From the IMG/VR virus record IMGVR_UViG_3300033148_008025, positions 57,455-121,454 of that record: a stretch of DNA of 64,000 bases; one strand, written 5' to 3'. The notes beneath the pieces were generated by a model. That model saw only the letters and a list, made by a program, of their open reading frames with translations, did not search any database and was not told the origin of the DNA. Positions 52,131-61,004 of the stretch are shown here, piece after piece. The position numbers and the translations under genes are program-made. This DNA comes from a virus. Within the stretch, counting starts at the first letter, position 1; the number at the start of each line of letters is the position of its first letter.

Positions 52131-52159
52131 TTGACCTGATTTTTGATAGCTTATACCTT
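52131..52159 (+). promoter_or_regulatory. Sigma70-like promoter TTGACC-N17-TACCTT for the head cluster, overlapping a minus-strand GGTATAAG motif (52150-52157)
   Basis: Divergent intergenic region; same -35/-10 hexamers as at 22050. Confidence 0.55.
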
Positions 52160-52190
52160 CAAGTAGAACACTTGGAAGCAGGGAACCAAC

Positions 52191-53144
52191 ATGAGTACAA
52201 ACCATTTTGCCTTCGTCACATCTGATTCAGCACCCGGACAAACGAAGGTGGCCGCTGATCGGCTGGAGCTCCTTGGACAAATTGCAGCAAAGCACTATCT
52301 CGAAGATCGGGTACCACTCAACACCTCCATCAAAAAGATGGCACAGGAAAACGATTTGAATCACAACCAGATTCAAAGGATCTGCGAGATGGCAAACATC
52401 TCAACACATAAGGGGCTTTGGGCCAAAACCGCACAAAAAGAGAGTGTCGCCTTCGACCTGGCCGATGCCAGAAACATTGCAACAGTTTCTCCAAGCCCAA
52501 GCAAGGACGAAGATGAGAGCGAGTGTGGGTGTTCCTCGGCATCATCTCCATCGTCCGTAGACTCAGATTACATGGCACCACCGAAAGGGATCCCACTTCC
52601 TGGCCCATCGATAATGTCAATGATGGGCGCAGATCCATCTAAGGTTCACAACGGACTGAGTTCCGAGCCTGAGTCGAAGAAAATCATCATCATTCTTCAA
52701 AAGAAAGCGAGTGAAAGAAAAACTCTTGCAGACTCAATCCTCTACAAAGGGATGGAACTAGAAACACTTGAGAAAAAAGCCTATCAAACTGTAAAGCAAA
52801 CAGTTCTCGGCGGATCATCTTTTTCACAAGTATTCAAGGCAGCAGTAGGAGCGGGACTTGGCAAGATTGCCAATGAGAAATTACCGGAATATCAGGACAG
52901 ACTTATAGAAGAAACACACGGCGAGACTCGTAATCGCCTTGTGAAGTGTGCGATCCACAAGGCGCCGGAAGATTTGATTAGCTCCAACCTGGGCAACATG
53001 GTGGTCATCAACGGAGCCCACCCAGTGATAGTTTCTCTGGATACGGTTCAGAGGAAAACCGGCGAAATCAAAAATGGAATCAGCAACCTTCTTCGCATCG
53101 ACGATGAAGTGAAGATTTACCAACAGCGTCTAAGGGAGCTGTAG
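52191..53144 (+). CDS. Putative internal head / head-assembly protein
   Basis: 317 aa; KVAA, KTAQ, KKAS, KIAN motifs; first gene of the head cluster. Confidence 0.65.
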   Translation: MSTNHFAFVTSDSAPGQTKVAADRLELLGQIAAKHYLEDRVPLNTSIKKMAQENDLNHNQIQRICEMANISTHKGLWAKTAQKESVAFDLADARNIATVSPSPSKDEDESECGCSSASSPSSVDSDYMAPPKGIPLPGPSIMSMMGADPSKVHNGLSSEPESKKIIIILQKKASERKTLADSILYKGMELETLEKKAYQTVKQTVLGGSSFSQVFKAAVGAGLGKIANEKLPEYQDRLIEETHGETRNRLVKCAIHKAPEDLISSNLGNMVVINGAHPVIVSLDTVQRKTGEIKNGISNLLRIDDEVKIYQQRLREL

Positions 53145-53497
53145 TGAATAACGTACTAAACGGATTCGCCTCTGAACTAACCAAGGTTGCCCTAGCCAAA
53201 GGGCTTGGAAGGGTTGGTAAGTTCATGATGAAACACCCTGTAGCTGGAATCATGGTTCCAATAATTGGAGCCACATCTATTGCAGCGGGAACGCAGGCGT
53301 ATAAAAGTGGGAAATCTGGGGGGCGAGGGCGCTATCTGAAAGCGTCACCTCGAGGGGCTAGCAAGTCTGCATACACCAACTACCACGGGCTTATGAAGCA
53401 CAGGGCTTCCAAAAAAGACATCAAAAAAATTACAGGGAAATATCGGGAAAGCGCATTTTCACGACGTGGCCCCTCTTCCAAATCTAAGAAAGCATAG
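53144..53497 (+). CDS. Tagged small basic protein with hydrophobic helix
   Basis: 117 aa; MNNVLNGFASELTKVA; PVAGIMVPIIGATSIAAG. Confidence 0.7.
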   Translation: MNNVLNGFASELTKVALAKGLGRVGKFMMKHPVAGIMVPIIGATSIAAGTQAYKSGKSGGRGRYLKASPRGASKSAYTNYHGLMKHRASKKDIKKITGKYRESAFSRRGPSSKSKKA

Positions 53498-53499
53498 TC

Positions 53500-54207
53500 A
53501 TGAATTCACTCCACCTTCTTGTCGAATGTCACCGCCGCGGATACCTATCAAAGGAAGCTGCAGACAGCGTTGCCGAAGTTCGCGAGCGACTGATCATGGG
53601 CGCCCTAAAGAAAGAGGCAAAGGAATTTGTCGAGGCGCTTTCCTCGCGCGAGTTTGACAAAGAAGCATCTTCTATTGGATCTTCTATTGGATCTAAAATC
53701 GTATCTAAATACAGGTCGGCCAAGAGCGGGATTGAAGGATTGGCAACCAGCGACGGACTCTGGGAAAGGTCTGTCCGAAACCTTGCACTTCTAACGGGAA
53801 TGGGAGCAGCTGTTGGGGCAGGTGGCGCTGGTGTAGATGCATTTCTGTCACATCGGAAGGATACCCAGACTAGGAAGAGGATTGAGAGGTCCTATCCTCA
53901 AATGTTCAAGCTTGAGCCAGATTTGAACGAACATGACAAGTCCACAATCAGTCGGAACTTTCAGGTTCTAGCAACATACGCTCCTTCCATTGCAGCAAAT
54001 CCTGTCGTTGCTGCAACATGGTCTCTCGAAAAAGCCATTCGTGGACGAATTGAGCCACTTGAAATCAAGAGCCTTGCTGAAACACAGACAGCGATCGACA
54101 GGGCATCAGAGCGTGAACACTTCATTGCTACGCCGGCAGCTAGGAACATCATGGGCATAGCGACATCGTCGCTCGGCAAGATTGAACCTCTCAAGGATGC
54201 AATCTAG
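53500..54207 (+). CDS. Putative ejection/membrane-helix head protein
   Basis: 235 aa; FDKEAS motif; LALLTGMGAAVGAGGAG helix. Confidence 0.65.
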   Translation: MNSLHLLVECHRRGYLSKEAADSVAEVRERLIMGALKKEAKEFVEALSSREFDKEASSIGSSIGSKIVSKYRSAKSGIEGLATSDGLWERSVRNLALLTGMGAAVGAGGAGVDAFLSHRKDTQTRKRIERSYPQMFKLEPDLNEHDKSTISRNFQVLATYAPSIAANPVVAATWSLEKAIRGRIEPLEIKSLAETQTAIDRASEREHFIATPAARNIMGIATSSLGKIEPLKDAI

Positions 54208-54216
54208 GAACGCACG

Positions 54217-55662
54217 GTGGCAAGAGACCCTCTTAGCTTCTTCGTAAATGAGAAGGTGGCGAGCCTGAGTGCGCCTGAGACGCCTGTTGATGAGTTTCAT
54301 CGTATCCCGGCTCGTCCCTCCGACCAGAGTATTGATCCCGGAGAACGTGCCCTAGCTGGCCTTGCCGCTGTAACAGGATCGCTCATTTCCAAGATTGTCC
54401 CATGGGCCACCGAGATTGCTGTCAGCAATCAATTCTCGAAAGGAGAGAAAGCTTTTCCGCGTCCTGGGGGGATTGGTCCCGTATCAACTATTGGTGAATT
54501 CCTAACCCAAGATTCTGCCCCACCCAAGTCGAGAATAATGGGCTTGTTCGATGTTACCGGACGATCACCCAGCAAGGAGGAATGGCATTCGACAGGAATG
54601 ACCAGCCAGCGAATCAATTTTGGACACAGGTTGAAGGAAATTGAGGACATCGCAGACTCCTTTATCGACAAACACAGGTTGAAAGAAAAAGGGGTGAAAC
54701 TACATTTTCGGCAAGGACCGATAAGTGGAACGGTTACAGGATCGTATTCTCCTTCCACCAAAAAAGTACACATTCCATACACCGGAAAAGAGGCAGTACT
54801 TCATGAGCTCGGGCATGCAGCCGACTACACAACGAGGATTGGAAAAATTCGCTCACACGTAGGGCCCGCCATCAAAAAGAGTGTTCTCGTTGCCTTGCCG
54901 ATCGCACTAGCCGCAGGTGACCAAGTTAAAGAAATAATCCCTGGAACAATAGATGATAGGGCCATCGAGTTCATGCAGGACAATGCTCCAGCAATCATGG
55001 GGGCGACGCTTGCTGCAACTGTTATTTATCCAGAAGCAAAAGCAACCATGCTTGCAGTAAGGCATGTTGCCGAGAAAGAAGGCCCAATCGCTGCTAGGGC
55101 TATGATGAAAAAACTCGGCCCAGCGTTGGGAAGCTATGTCATCGGGGCCATACCGGCAATCATAGGAATGTCACTTGCACGCAAATATATGCGTGAAGCC
55201 CGGGAAGAGAAGGCTGAGCTCATCGACGAAATTGAAAAAATTGGTTCAGTCGTAGATGTATTCGTCCATCACGGCAAGGACATCTCACACGTTGCTAAGG
55301 GCATCGCAAGAGGCACTGCTGAGCTCATGTCAAAACCTGGAACAATGAAAAACATCGCCAGGGCGGCCAAGGAAGTAGGTACTTCCCCGGAGTTTGTACA
55401 TGGTGCGATAGTGAGTGCTGTTCCCGCGGCCCTTGGTGCCCTCTATATGTACGGAACTCCTAGCGGTGATATTGCACGAAAGAGAATGCACAAAAGACAG
55501 ATCCAGAAGCTTCCGCACAGCATGGTTGGTAATCAGACGATGGCAACTGAGAGCTGGAGAGAAGAGCACCCGCTGCGATTTGCTGGAATTGTAGCTCTGG
55601 GCACAGCCATGGCTGGGGGAATCATGACGAAATTCATAAGAGACTTGGCTCCGATCCTATGA
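54217..55662 (+). CDS. Zincin-like metallopeptidase domain protein with multiple hydrophobic helices
   Basis: 481 aa; GSYSPSTKKVHI...VLHELGHAAD (HExxH); EKVAS and DEIEKIGS motifs. Confidence 0.7.
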   Translation: MARDPLSFFVNEKVASLSAPETPVDEFHRIPARPSDQSIDPGERALAGLAAVTGSLISKIVPWATEIAVSNQFSKGEKAFPRPGGIGPVSTIGEFLTQDSAPPKSRIMGLFDVTGRSPSKEEWHSTGMTSQRINFGHRLKEIEDIADSFIDKHRLKEKGVKLHFRQGPISGTVTGSYSPSTKKVHIPYTGKEAVLHELGHAADYTTRIGKIRSHVGPAIKKSVLVALPIALAAGDQVKEIIPGTIDDRAIEFMQDNAPAIMGATLAATVIYPEAKATMLAVRHVAEKEGPIAARAMMKKLGPALGSYVIGAIPAIIGMSLARKYMREAREEKAELIDEIEKIGSVVDVFVHHGKDISHVAKGIARGTAELMSKPGTMKNIARAAKEVGTSPEFVHGAIVSAVPAALGALYMYGTPSGDIARKRMHKRQIQKLPHSMVGNQTMATESWREEHPLRFAGIVALGTAMAGGIMTKFIRDLAPIL

Positions 55663-56477
55663 CCAAAGTTCGCGGCATAGCCCTAGTTGGGGGATGGACG
55701 CCAGAGGAGAAGAAGGTAATTCCCGAAATCCTGGGTCCCATGCCAGACGCCTGGCTCAAGGACAACCCGTTCATTTCTCGCATCATACGAAAACCCACTC
55801 TTCTCAATGCGCCCAAAACGGCGCCAGGCCATTCAAAGTATGAACCGCAGAACAGGTCAATTGTCGTATTCGACAAGGGCGTGTATCATGACGGAAAGAT
55901 AGACCTGGAGCAGTTTCGGCGCTCTGTCTGCCACGAGCTGGCACATGCAATCCTTGAACTACACCCAAAACTCCTGTCAAAGTGGACTATCGCCACAAAG
56001 AACGACGACTACGTTGATGACTACGCAAAGACCAGCCCAGAAGAAGATTTCGCCGACACCTTTTCTGAATTCTTCATTGATCCAAAAAAAACACGTAGTG
56101 TTGTCCCAAGGAAGGCAAACTTCGTGCAAAAGCTTCTATCCCTGTCTAGGGGTGGAGAGGAAAAAATAGCCATGTTCAATATCGCATCATTCGCCGACGA
56201 GCTCACAAAGACCGCCATCTCCGGATCTGCCCTGAAGGACATGCTGTCGAAAGCTGTTCGTTCTCCCGCAACAAAGGGCGTAGGCCTCGCAGGAGCAGGA
56301 GCAGGAGGCGGTGCCATCGTCGGTCATGAGATGGGCGAAGGAACGGGACTCAAGCAGGGGCGCAAGAATGTTCGGACGGTTGCCGTGCAAGCACGCAAGA
56401 TTGGACGCAGGGAAGGTGTCATGATGTATCATCAAGCTCTGCAGAAGTCACTGCGCTCTCGAGGGCAACAACGATAG
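55659..56477 (+). CDS. Zincin metallopeptidase fused to a tagged Gly-rich helix module
   Basis: 272 aa; CHELAHAI...DDYAKTSPEEDFADTF; then EKIA-MFNIASFADELTKTA. Confidence 0.75.
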   Translation: MTKVRGIALVGGWTPEEKKVIPEILGPMPDAWLKDNPFISRIIRKPTLLNAPKTAPGHSKYEPQNRSIVVFDKGVYHDGKIDLEQFRRSVCHELAHAILELHPKLLSKWTIATKNDDYVDDYAKTSPEEDFADTFSEFFIDPKKTRSVVPRKANFVQKLLSLSRGGEEKIAMFNIASFADELTKTAISGSALKDMLSKAVRSPATKGVGLAGAGAGGGAIVGHEMGEGTGLKQGRKNVRTVAVQARKIGRREGVMMYHQALQKSLRSRGQQR

Positions 56478-56490
56478 ACGGGAAACTCCC

Positions 56491-57342
56491 ATGGTGAAAA
56501 AAAACGCATCAGGCCTCTTCTTCGAAAAGAGAGCTCAGTCAAGTTCTGGGAAATTCTTTAGCCAGATGCCAGGGCGTGAAACTGGTGAATTTTTCGGCAA
56601 ACAGGCAACGACCGCGTTGCCACAGCCATCACCCACAACACCGTCAAAGCCACCGGTTGACAAGATCAACATCGGAGCAACAGGTGGTCCTACTGGCGGC
56701 CAAGGATACCGCGGAGAGGGCATGAGTGGAGGGATGTATGGGTGTGGAACTGGAGAAAAGACAGCCTCTAGAACCCCGAATGAATGGTCTCACGAAACAG
56801 ATCTTCCTAACGGCTTCCATCGTCCCGCAAAAGATCAACCAGAAGACCTCGAGGCTGGCGGCGAAAGATTCTTCGATTCAGAAGTGGAAGGTCCAAGCTA
56901 TCGATCATCAGATGGAATGCGCCATGGGGTCAAAGAAGGAGGAAGCATGCACATGCGTCCTGGCTCTGGACATCAGATAGGCAAGCATGCATCGCAAGCC
57001 CCTCGGTTCCTGGGGACGTCATTCGCCAAAGAAGCTGGTTATGGGTCAGAATTCAAGTCAAGCCTGGGCAAAGCCAAGGATGAATTCGTGTCCAGCCTGG
57101 GCAAAGCAAAAGAAGAAGCCGGCGAAGAAGCATCTGGCGCACTGCACTCTATAACCAAGAGTCCTCTTGCGGCAGCTGCAATTACCGGACTAGCCGGTGC
57201 GGCTTTGCTCCGCGGAGGCAGGAGGGGTTACAAAACCCTCAAGGGTGCAATCAAAAAAACTCCTGCAAAAAAAGCCCCGGAGTCGCTAAAAGACAAAGCA
57301 AGAAGTAAAGTCCAGGAACTCGTTGGCAAAATCACTCAATAA
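56491..57342 (+). CDS. Disordered putative internal head protein
   Basis: 283 aa; KRAQ, KQAT, KTAS, KHAS, KEAG motifs; AAAAITGLAGAALL helix. Confidence 0.65.
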   Translation: MVKKNASGLFFEKRAQSSSGKFFSQMPGRETGEFFGKQATTALPQPSPTTPSKPPVDKINIGATGGPTGGQGYRGEGMSGGMYGCGTGEKTASRTPNEWSHETDLPNGFHRPAKDQPEDLEAGGERFFDSEVEGPSYRSSDGMRHGVKEGGSMHMRPGSGHQIGKHASQAPRFLGTSFAKEAGYGSEFKSSLGKAKDEFVSSLGKAKEEAGEEASGALHSITKSPLAAAAITGLAGAALLRGGRRGYKTLKGAIKKTPAKKAPESLKDKARSKVQELVGKITQ

Positions 57343-57356
57343 CCAGGAACACAAAA

Positions 57357-57725
57357 ATGGAAAATCTTACTGACGTATACCAACAAATCGCAGCTGCAGA
57401 TGCTGGGAAACTCGAGAAGCAAGCTGCGGTGATCAAAGTAGCCGAAGAGGAAGATGCTGCCGGCCGCATCATGGCTCGTGGCTTTGCCGACGAACTGACC
57501 AAAATTGCCGGCGACGACGCAGGATACGGACAAGATCCGTCGATGGCGAAAACAAAGCTTCCTACCCCCCCGAAGGTAGGCGGAACGGTCAAAGCTCCAG
57601 ACTTCAAAGTCGGAGGAGGAGCCACCGGTCCAGGCCCAGGTTTGGCTGGTCGACCAATTAAAGCTCCGCCTGTGAAAGCTGAGCCAGAAAAGGTCAAGCT
57701 GAAGCGTCCAGGCGGTCGCCAGTAA
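57357..57725 (+). CDS. Scaffold-like paralogue 1
   Basis: 122 aa; LTDVYQQIA...LEKQAA...AGRIMARGFADELTKIAG. Confidence 0.7.
   Translation: MENLTDVYQQIAAADAGKLEKQAAVIKVAEEEDAAGRIMARGFADELTKIAGDDAGYGQDPSMAKTKLPTPPKVGGTVKAPDFKVGGGATGPGPGLAGRPIKAPPVKAEPEKVKLKRPGGRQ
57457..57485 (+). repeat. 29-nt exact direct repeat, copy 1 (copy 2 at 60602-60630)
   Basis: CTGCCGGCCGCATCATGGCTCGTGGCTTT. Confidence 0.9.
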
Positions 57726-57734
57726 ACACCTGTC

Positions 57735-58418
57735 ATGAACAACCTCCTCCAAGGCTTCGCTGACGAGTTGACCAAGGTCGGCTTCAAACTCAAAGCGAAC
57801 AAATCTACGGGCCCAGCAGGAAATGCTGGCGCCCCAAGTCCCATGGGATATGGCCGCGTTGCTGCGCCAAAACCATTGGGCTCAGGAGGAGGTCCAACCA
57901 GTGCTGGGCTAACTGGCATAGGGCGGCAGCAAATGAATTTTTCTGCAAAACAGAAAAAGCCCAAATATGTCTCCGCTGGAACCCAGAAATTTGCTCCAGC
58001 AAAACCACCCGAAGTTCAGAAAAATAAGAAGGGTGGGGGGCGGAGAAAGCGGGGGGCAAAAAAAGACCTCGGACCAGCGTGGGAAACCGGAGCACAGCGA
58101 CTGAATAGGAGAGTAGGCGAACAGCGAAGTGCCACGAAGGCAAAGGGGAGGACCGATTCTGAGTGGTTTCAAAAGCAAACACCCAAAGCCGGCGGCAAGC
58201 CAACAGTAAAGTCAACGTCGGACCAAGCCCGATATAGTAAGTTGAAGGCAAAGGGCAATACCGGCAGGTGGGCGGCTGCCCATGGAAAGCCAATACGGTC
58301 CACTGGAACAACCCTCAGTCCATCCGCAAAAGCTCGACAGGCTCGACTAAGCCAATCTGCCAACAAGGCAAGGGCTATCGTCACGAAGCCGAACCTAAAA
58401 GGACTCATGAGACAGTAG
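57735..58418 (+). CDS. Tagged, highly basic disordered protein (possible DNA-binding internal protein)
   Basis: 227 aa; MNNLLQGFADELTKVG then Lys/Arg/Gly/Pro-rich. Confidence 0.7.
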   Translation: MNNLLQGFADELTKVGFKLKANKSTGPAGNAGAPSPMGYGRVAAPKPLGSGGGPTSAGLTGIGRQQMNFSAKQKKPKYVSAGTQKFAPAKPPEVQKNKKGGGRRKRGAKKDLGPAWETGAQRLNRRVGEQRSATKAKGRTDSEWFQKQTPKAGGKPTVKSTSDQARYSKLKAKGNTGRWAAAHGKPIRSTGTTLSPSAKARQARLSQSANKARAIVTKPNLKGLMRQ

Positions 58419-60236
58419 ATGTACAAGCTTCTAACATTCTCCGGATACGACAATCGAACCGGACCTCACATCTTTCCGATTGAGGCAGATGTCGATAAAA
58501 GCATTGGGCATATCAAAATGGCCCGAGAGCTTCCTGCGTCAATCGAGCAGTACATTCGAAATTCAAAACCCGTAAAAGGGAAGACACAGCTACTCATCGA
58601 TGCGATGGGGGCAGGCGAATTTTACGGATCAAACGTGAATGGAGACTTCTTCCCAGAAGAGGCTTTGCGTCACGAAGGTCCAGACTACGGATACAGAACA
58701 TTCATGATGTATGCGTATCCGTTTAAGCATCACGTCAACAAGGATCCTGCTCGAGCCTACGGTGACAAAGTCGTTCTTTCGTCATACGACCCGAAGATGC
58801 ATCGAGTTCTTCTTATCGTTCGTGTCGACGACGCAAAGTGCCAAGACATTCTTGGAGATCTGGACGACGGAACCTACTGGGACGTCAGCATGGGATGCCG
58901 AGTCCCATGGGACGAGTGCTCAATCTGTCACAACCGAGCAAAAAACCGAGCGGAGTACTGCACACACCTTCGCTATCAGATGAACAAGATCCTACAAGAC
59001 GGGAAAAGAGTTTTTGCATACAACCGTCTTCCAAAATTCTTCGATATCAGTTTTGTCACAATCGGCGCAGAGAAGGCATCTCACATTCTGAAAAAGGTCG
59101 CACACACAGGCCGAGCGGAAGAACTTGTCTTAAGCTCCGACGCTGGAGAGCACTATTATTCAAAGCTGGCAGACGTAGAGAAGGCTGCTGAGCAAAGCAA
59201 GCGAGCGGAAATCGAAAAAGAAGTCCCTTCCCAGCCAGCGGCGAACATCCAACCAGCAACACCGGCTGACAAGGCAAAGGTGGAAGGTTTTCTCGGCGCT
59301 GCTGGCGCACTGAAGTCCTGCGAACGTCCGATCCCGAATCAGACTCTAGATCGGATGGCACAACACCCGATGAGGGATATCTTCACAACGCTTGCAACGC
59401 TTGGAGTCGACCTGCGACCCAATGAATTCCAACGAATCGTTCTCATGAAGCAGGGTGCCGCTAAGCTGGCCAGCGCACTTGAACAACACAGGCTTGTTTT
59501 TGATGAAACGAAACCAGCGACATCTATCCCCAAATGGGCAATGGATTTCAAAAAAATAAATCATGGCGCTATCAATGAAAAGGTAGCGATGATCATCCAG
59601 CCATGGCTCAAAGAGCGGTCCTGCTATCCAGACATTCTCCAAAAAAGAATCGGTCGAATGGAGAAGCAAGCAGAGCTTGATTTCAAGTACGACAGCGATA
59701 GCCAGTGGCATCCGATGACCGATGACCAAAAGCGTGAAGCATCTGGAATGCACGGGTTAGTGCCCGCAAGCGCAGCTTTAGCTGCAGGCTTCATGGTTTT
59801 CAGAAAGATTTTTCCTGGGCTACAGACTACTGGCCCAGCGCCAATCCGCGCCATAGCAAAACACCCATGGCTCCTTCCCATGCTGATTGGGGCCGGCGTT
59901 GGGGCATCTGTTGGGATGCAAACAATGAACGCTCCCATGCCTCTAACAAAAGAGGGAGGTGTTGCTAGACTTGACGCTAAAAAAGTAGGGGCCTACCATG
60001 GTGCCAATGGCGCAAGTGAAAACACATCAAGTCCACTCCATCATGGGATGATCACACTTGCCTATGTCTACTCTAATACCACCCAGAACAAGCAACGCGG
60101 ACAATACGATCAGCTGATCACTCAACGACCTGAGCTTGCAAAACTAAGCAAAGTTGCAAACCATCAAACTCGCCACTCATCGCAAGATGTAAAAATTGCT
60201 GATTCAATTCGGCGAACAGAAAGCAAAAGGAAATAA
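58419..60236 (+). CDS. Prohead (head maturation) serine protease, HK97/assemblin-like fold, with C-terminal extension
   Basis: 605 aa; GSNVNGDFF, FKHHVNKD (His candidate), DVSMGC (Ser candidate), CSIC...YCTH; located in the scaffold/capsid cluster. Confidence 0.7.
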   Translation: MYKLLTFSGYDNRTGPHIFPIEADVDKSIGHIKMARELPASIEQYIRNSKPVKGKTQLLIDAMGAGEFYGSNVNGDFFPEEALRHEGPDYGYRTFMMYAYPFKHHVNKDPARAYGDKVVLSSYDPKMHRVLLIVRVDDAKCQDILGDLDDGTYWDVSMGCRVPWDECSICHNRAKNRAEYCTHLRYQMNKILQDGKRVFAYNRLPKFFDISFVTIGAEKASHILKKVAHTGRAEELVLSSDAGEHYYSKLADVEKAAEQSKRAEIEKEVPSQPAANIQPATPADKAKVEGFLGAAGALKSCERPIPNQTLDRMAQHPMRDIFTTLATLGVDLRPNEFQRIVLMKQGAAKLASALEQHRLVFDETKPATSIPKWAMDFKKINHGAINEKVAMIIQPWLKERSCYPDILQKRIGRMEKQAELDFKYDSDSQWHPMTDDQKREASGMHGLVPASAALAAGFMVFRKIFPGLQTTGPAPIRAIAKHPWLLPMLIGAGVGASVGMQTMNAPMPLTKEGGVARLDAKKVGAYHGANGASENTSSPLHHGMITLAYVYSNTTQNKQRGQYDQLITQRPELAKLSKVANHQTRHSSQDVKIADSIRRTESKRK

Positions 60237-60237
60237 C

Positions 60238-60957
60238 ATGCCCTCTCTCGACGACCTCATGAGCAAATTTGCATCAGACGAATCAGCTACAGAAAATTTC
60301 GCAGTCCCCGGCGACGCCGTTGTCCCGGATTTTAACCCCGTCGACGACGGACAACTCAAGACAGCCTCTGAAGGAAACCAGGAAATGCGCTCACTCACCG
60401 ACATCTATATGGCAATCGCTGACAACGACCTCGAGAAGCAAGCTGCTGCTGCTGCTCATATCCCCGAAGAAAACTACGACGATGTAGACTTCGCAAAGAT
60501 CGCAGGTGATCTTGCTTCCGCCGAAGCAGCCGATCTTGCAATCCAGGATGAGCATAGCGGCGATGGTGCGGACATGGTCAAAGTTGCAGCAGAGTACGAC
60601 TCTGCCGGCCGCATCATGGCTCGTGGCTTTTATGATGAGTTCATGAAGCTTGCTGGTGCAATGGATACTGACGTATCCTCAAATCAGATGACGGAATCAC
60701 CATCCGCTTCATCTACCCCAGCCTTCGGTGACCGAGGACTGCCAACTGTTCCTACGAACTTTGCTGGCAACGAAGCCCACGATGGTCAAATCGAAACAGC
60801 AGGCCAAGCTGGTAAGCAGGTTTACAGCGACGTGCTCAAGCCAAGCAAAAGCATCTCTGCTGGCCAGGGAACCGGGGACGACCCCGAAGCTGCAGCAGTT
60901 AGCCTTGGTGGCGGTTCTCCCGCAGGATTCGCAACTGTGAAAGACCTTACGGCCTAG
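60238..60957 (+). CDS. Scaffold-like paralogue 2
   Basis: 239 aa acidic; AAAAGGA RBS; SLTDIYMAIA...LEKQAAA...AGRIMARGFYDEFMKLAG. Confidence 0.75.
   Translation: MPSLDDLMSKFASDESATENFAVPGDAVVPDFNPVDDGQLKTASEGNQEMRSLTDIYMAIADNDLEKQAAAAAHIPEENYDDVDFAKIAGDLASAEAADLAIQDEHSGDGADMVKVAAEYDSAGRIMARGFYDEFMKLAGAMDTDVSSNQMTESPSASSTPAFGDRGLPTVPTNFAGNEAHDGQIETAGQAGKQVYSDVLKPSKSISAGQGTGDDPEAAAVSLGGGSPAGFATVKDLTA
60602..60630 (+). repeat. 29-nt exact direct repeat, copy 2
   Basis: Identical to 57457-57485. Confidence 0.9.
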
Positions 60958-61004
60958 GCTGTAAGGTCTCTCATTCATCGCAAACCCCCAAAAGGAGAAC
61001 TGAC

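Noticed and set aside
57457-60630. CRISPR array or att-site pair from the 29-nt repeat
   Set aside because: Only two copies, 3.1 kb apart, both in frame inside paralogous genes; no cas or integrase gene nearby.
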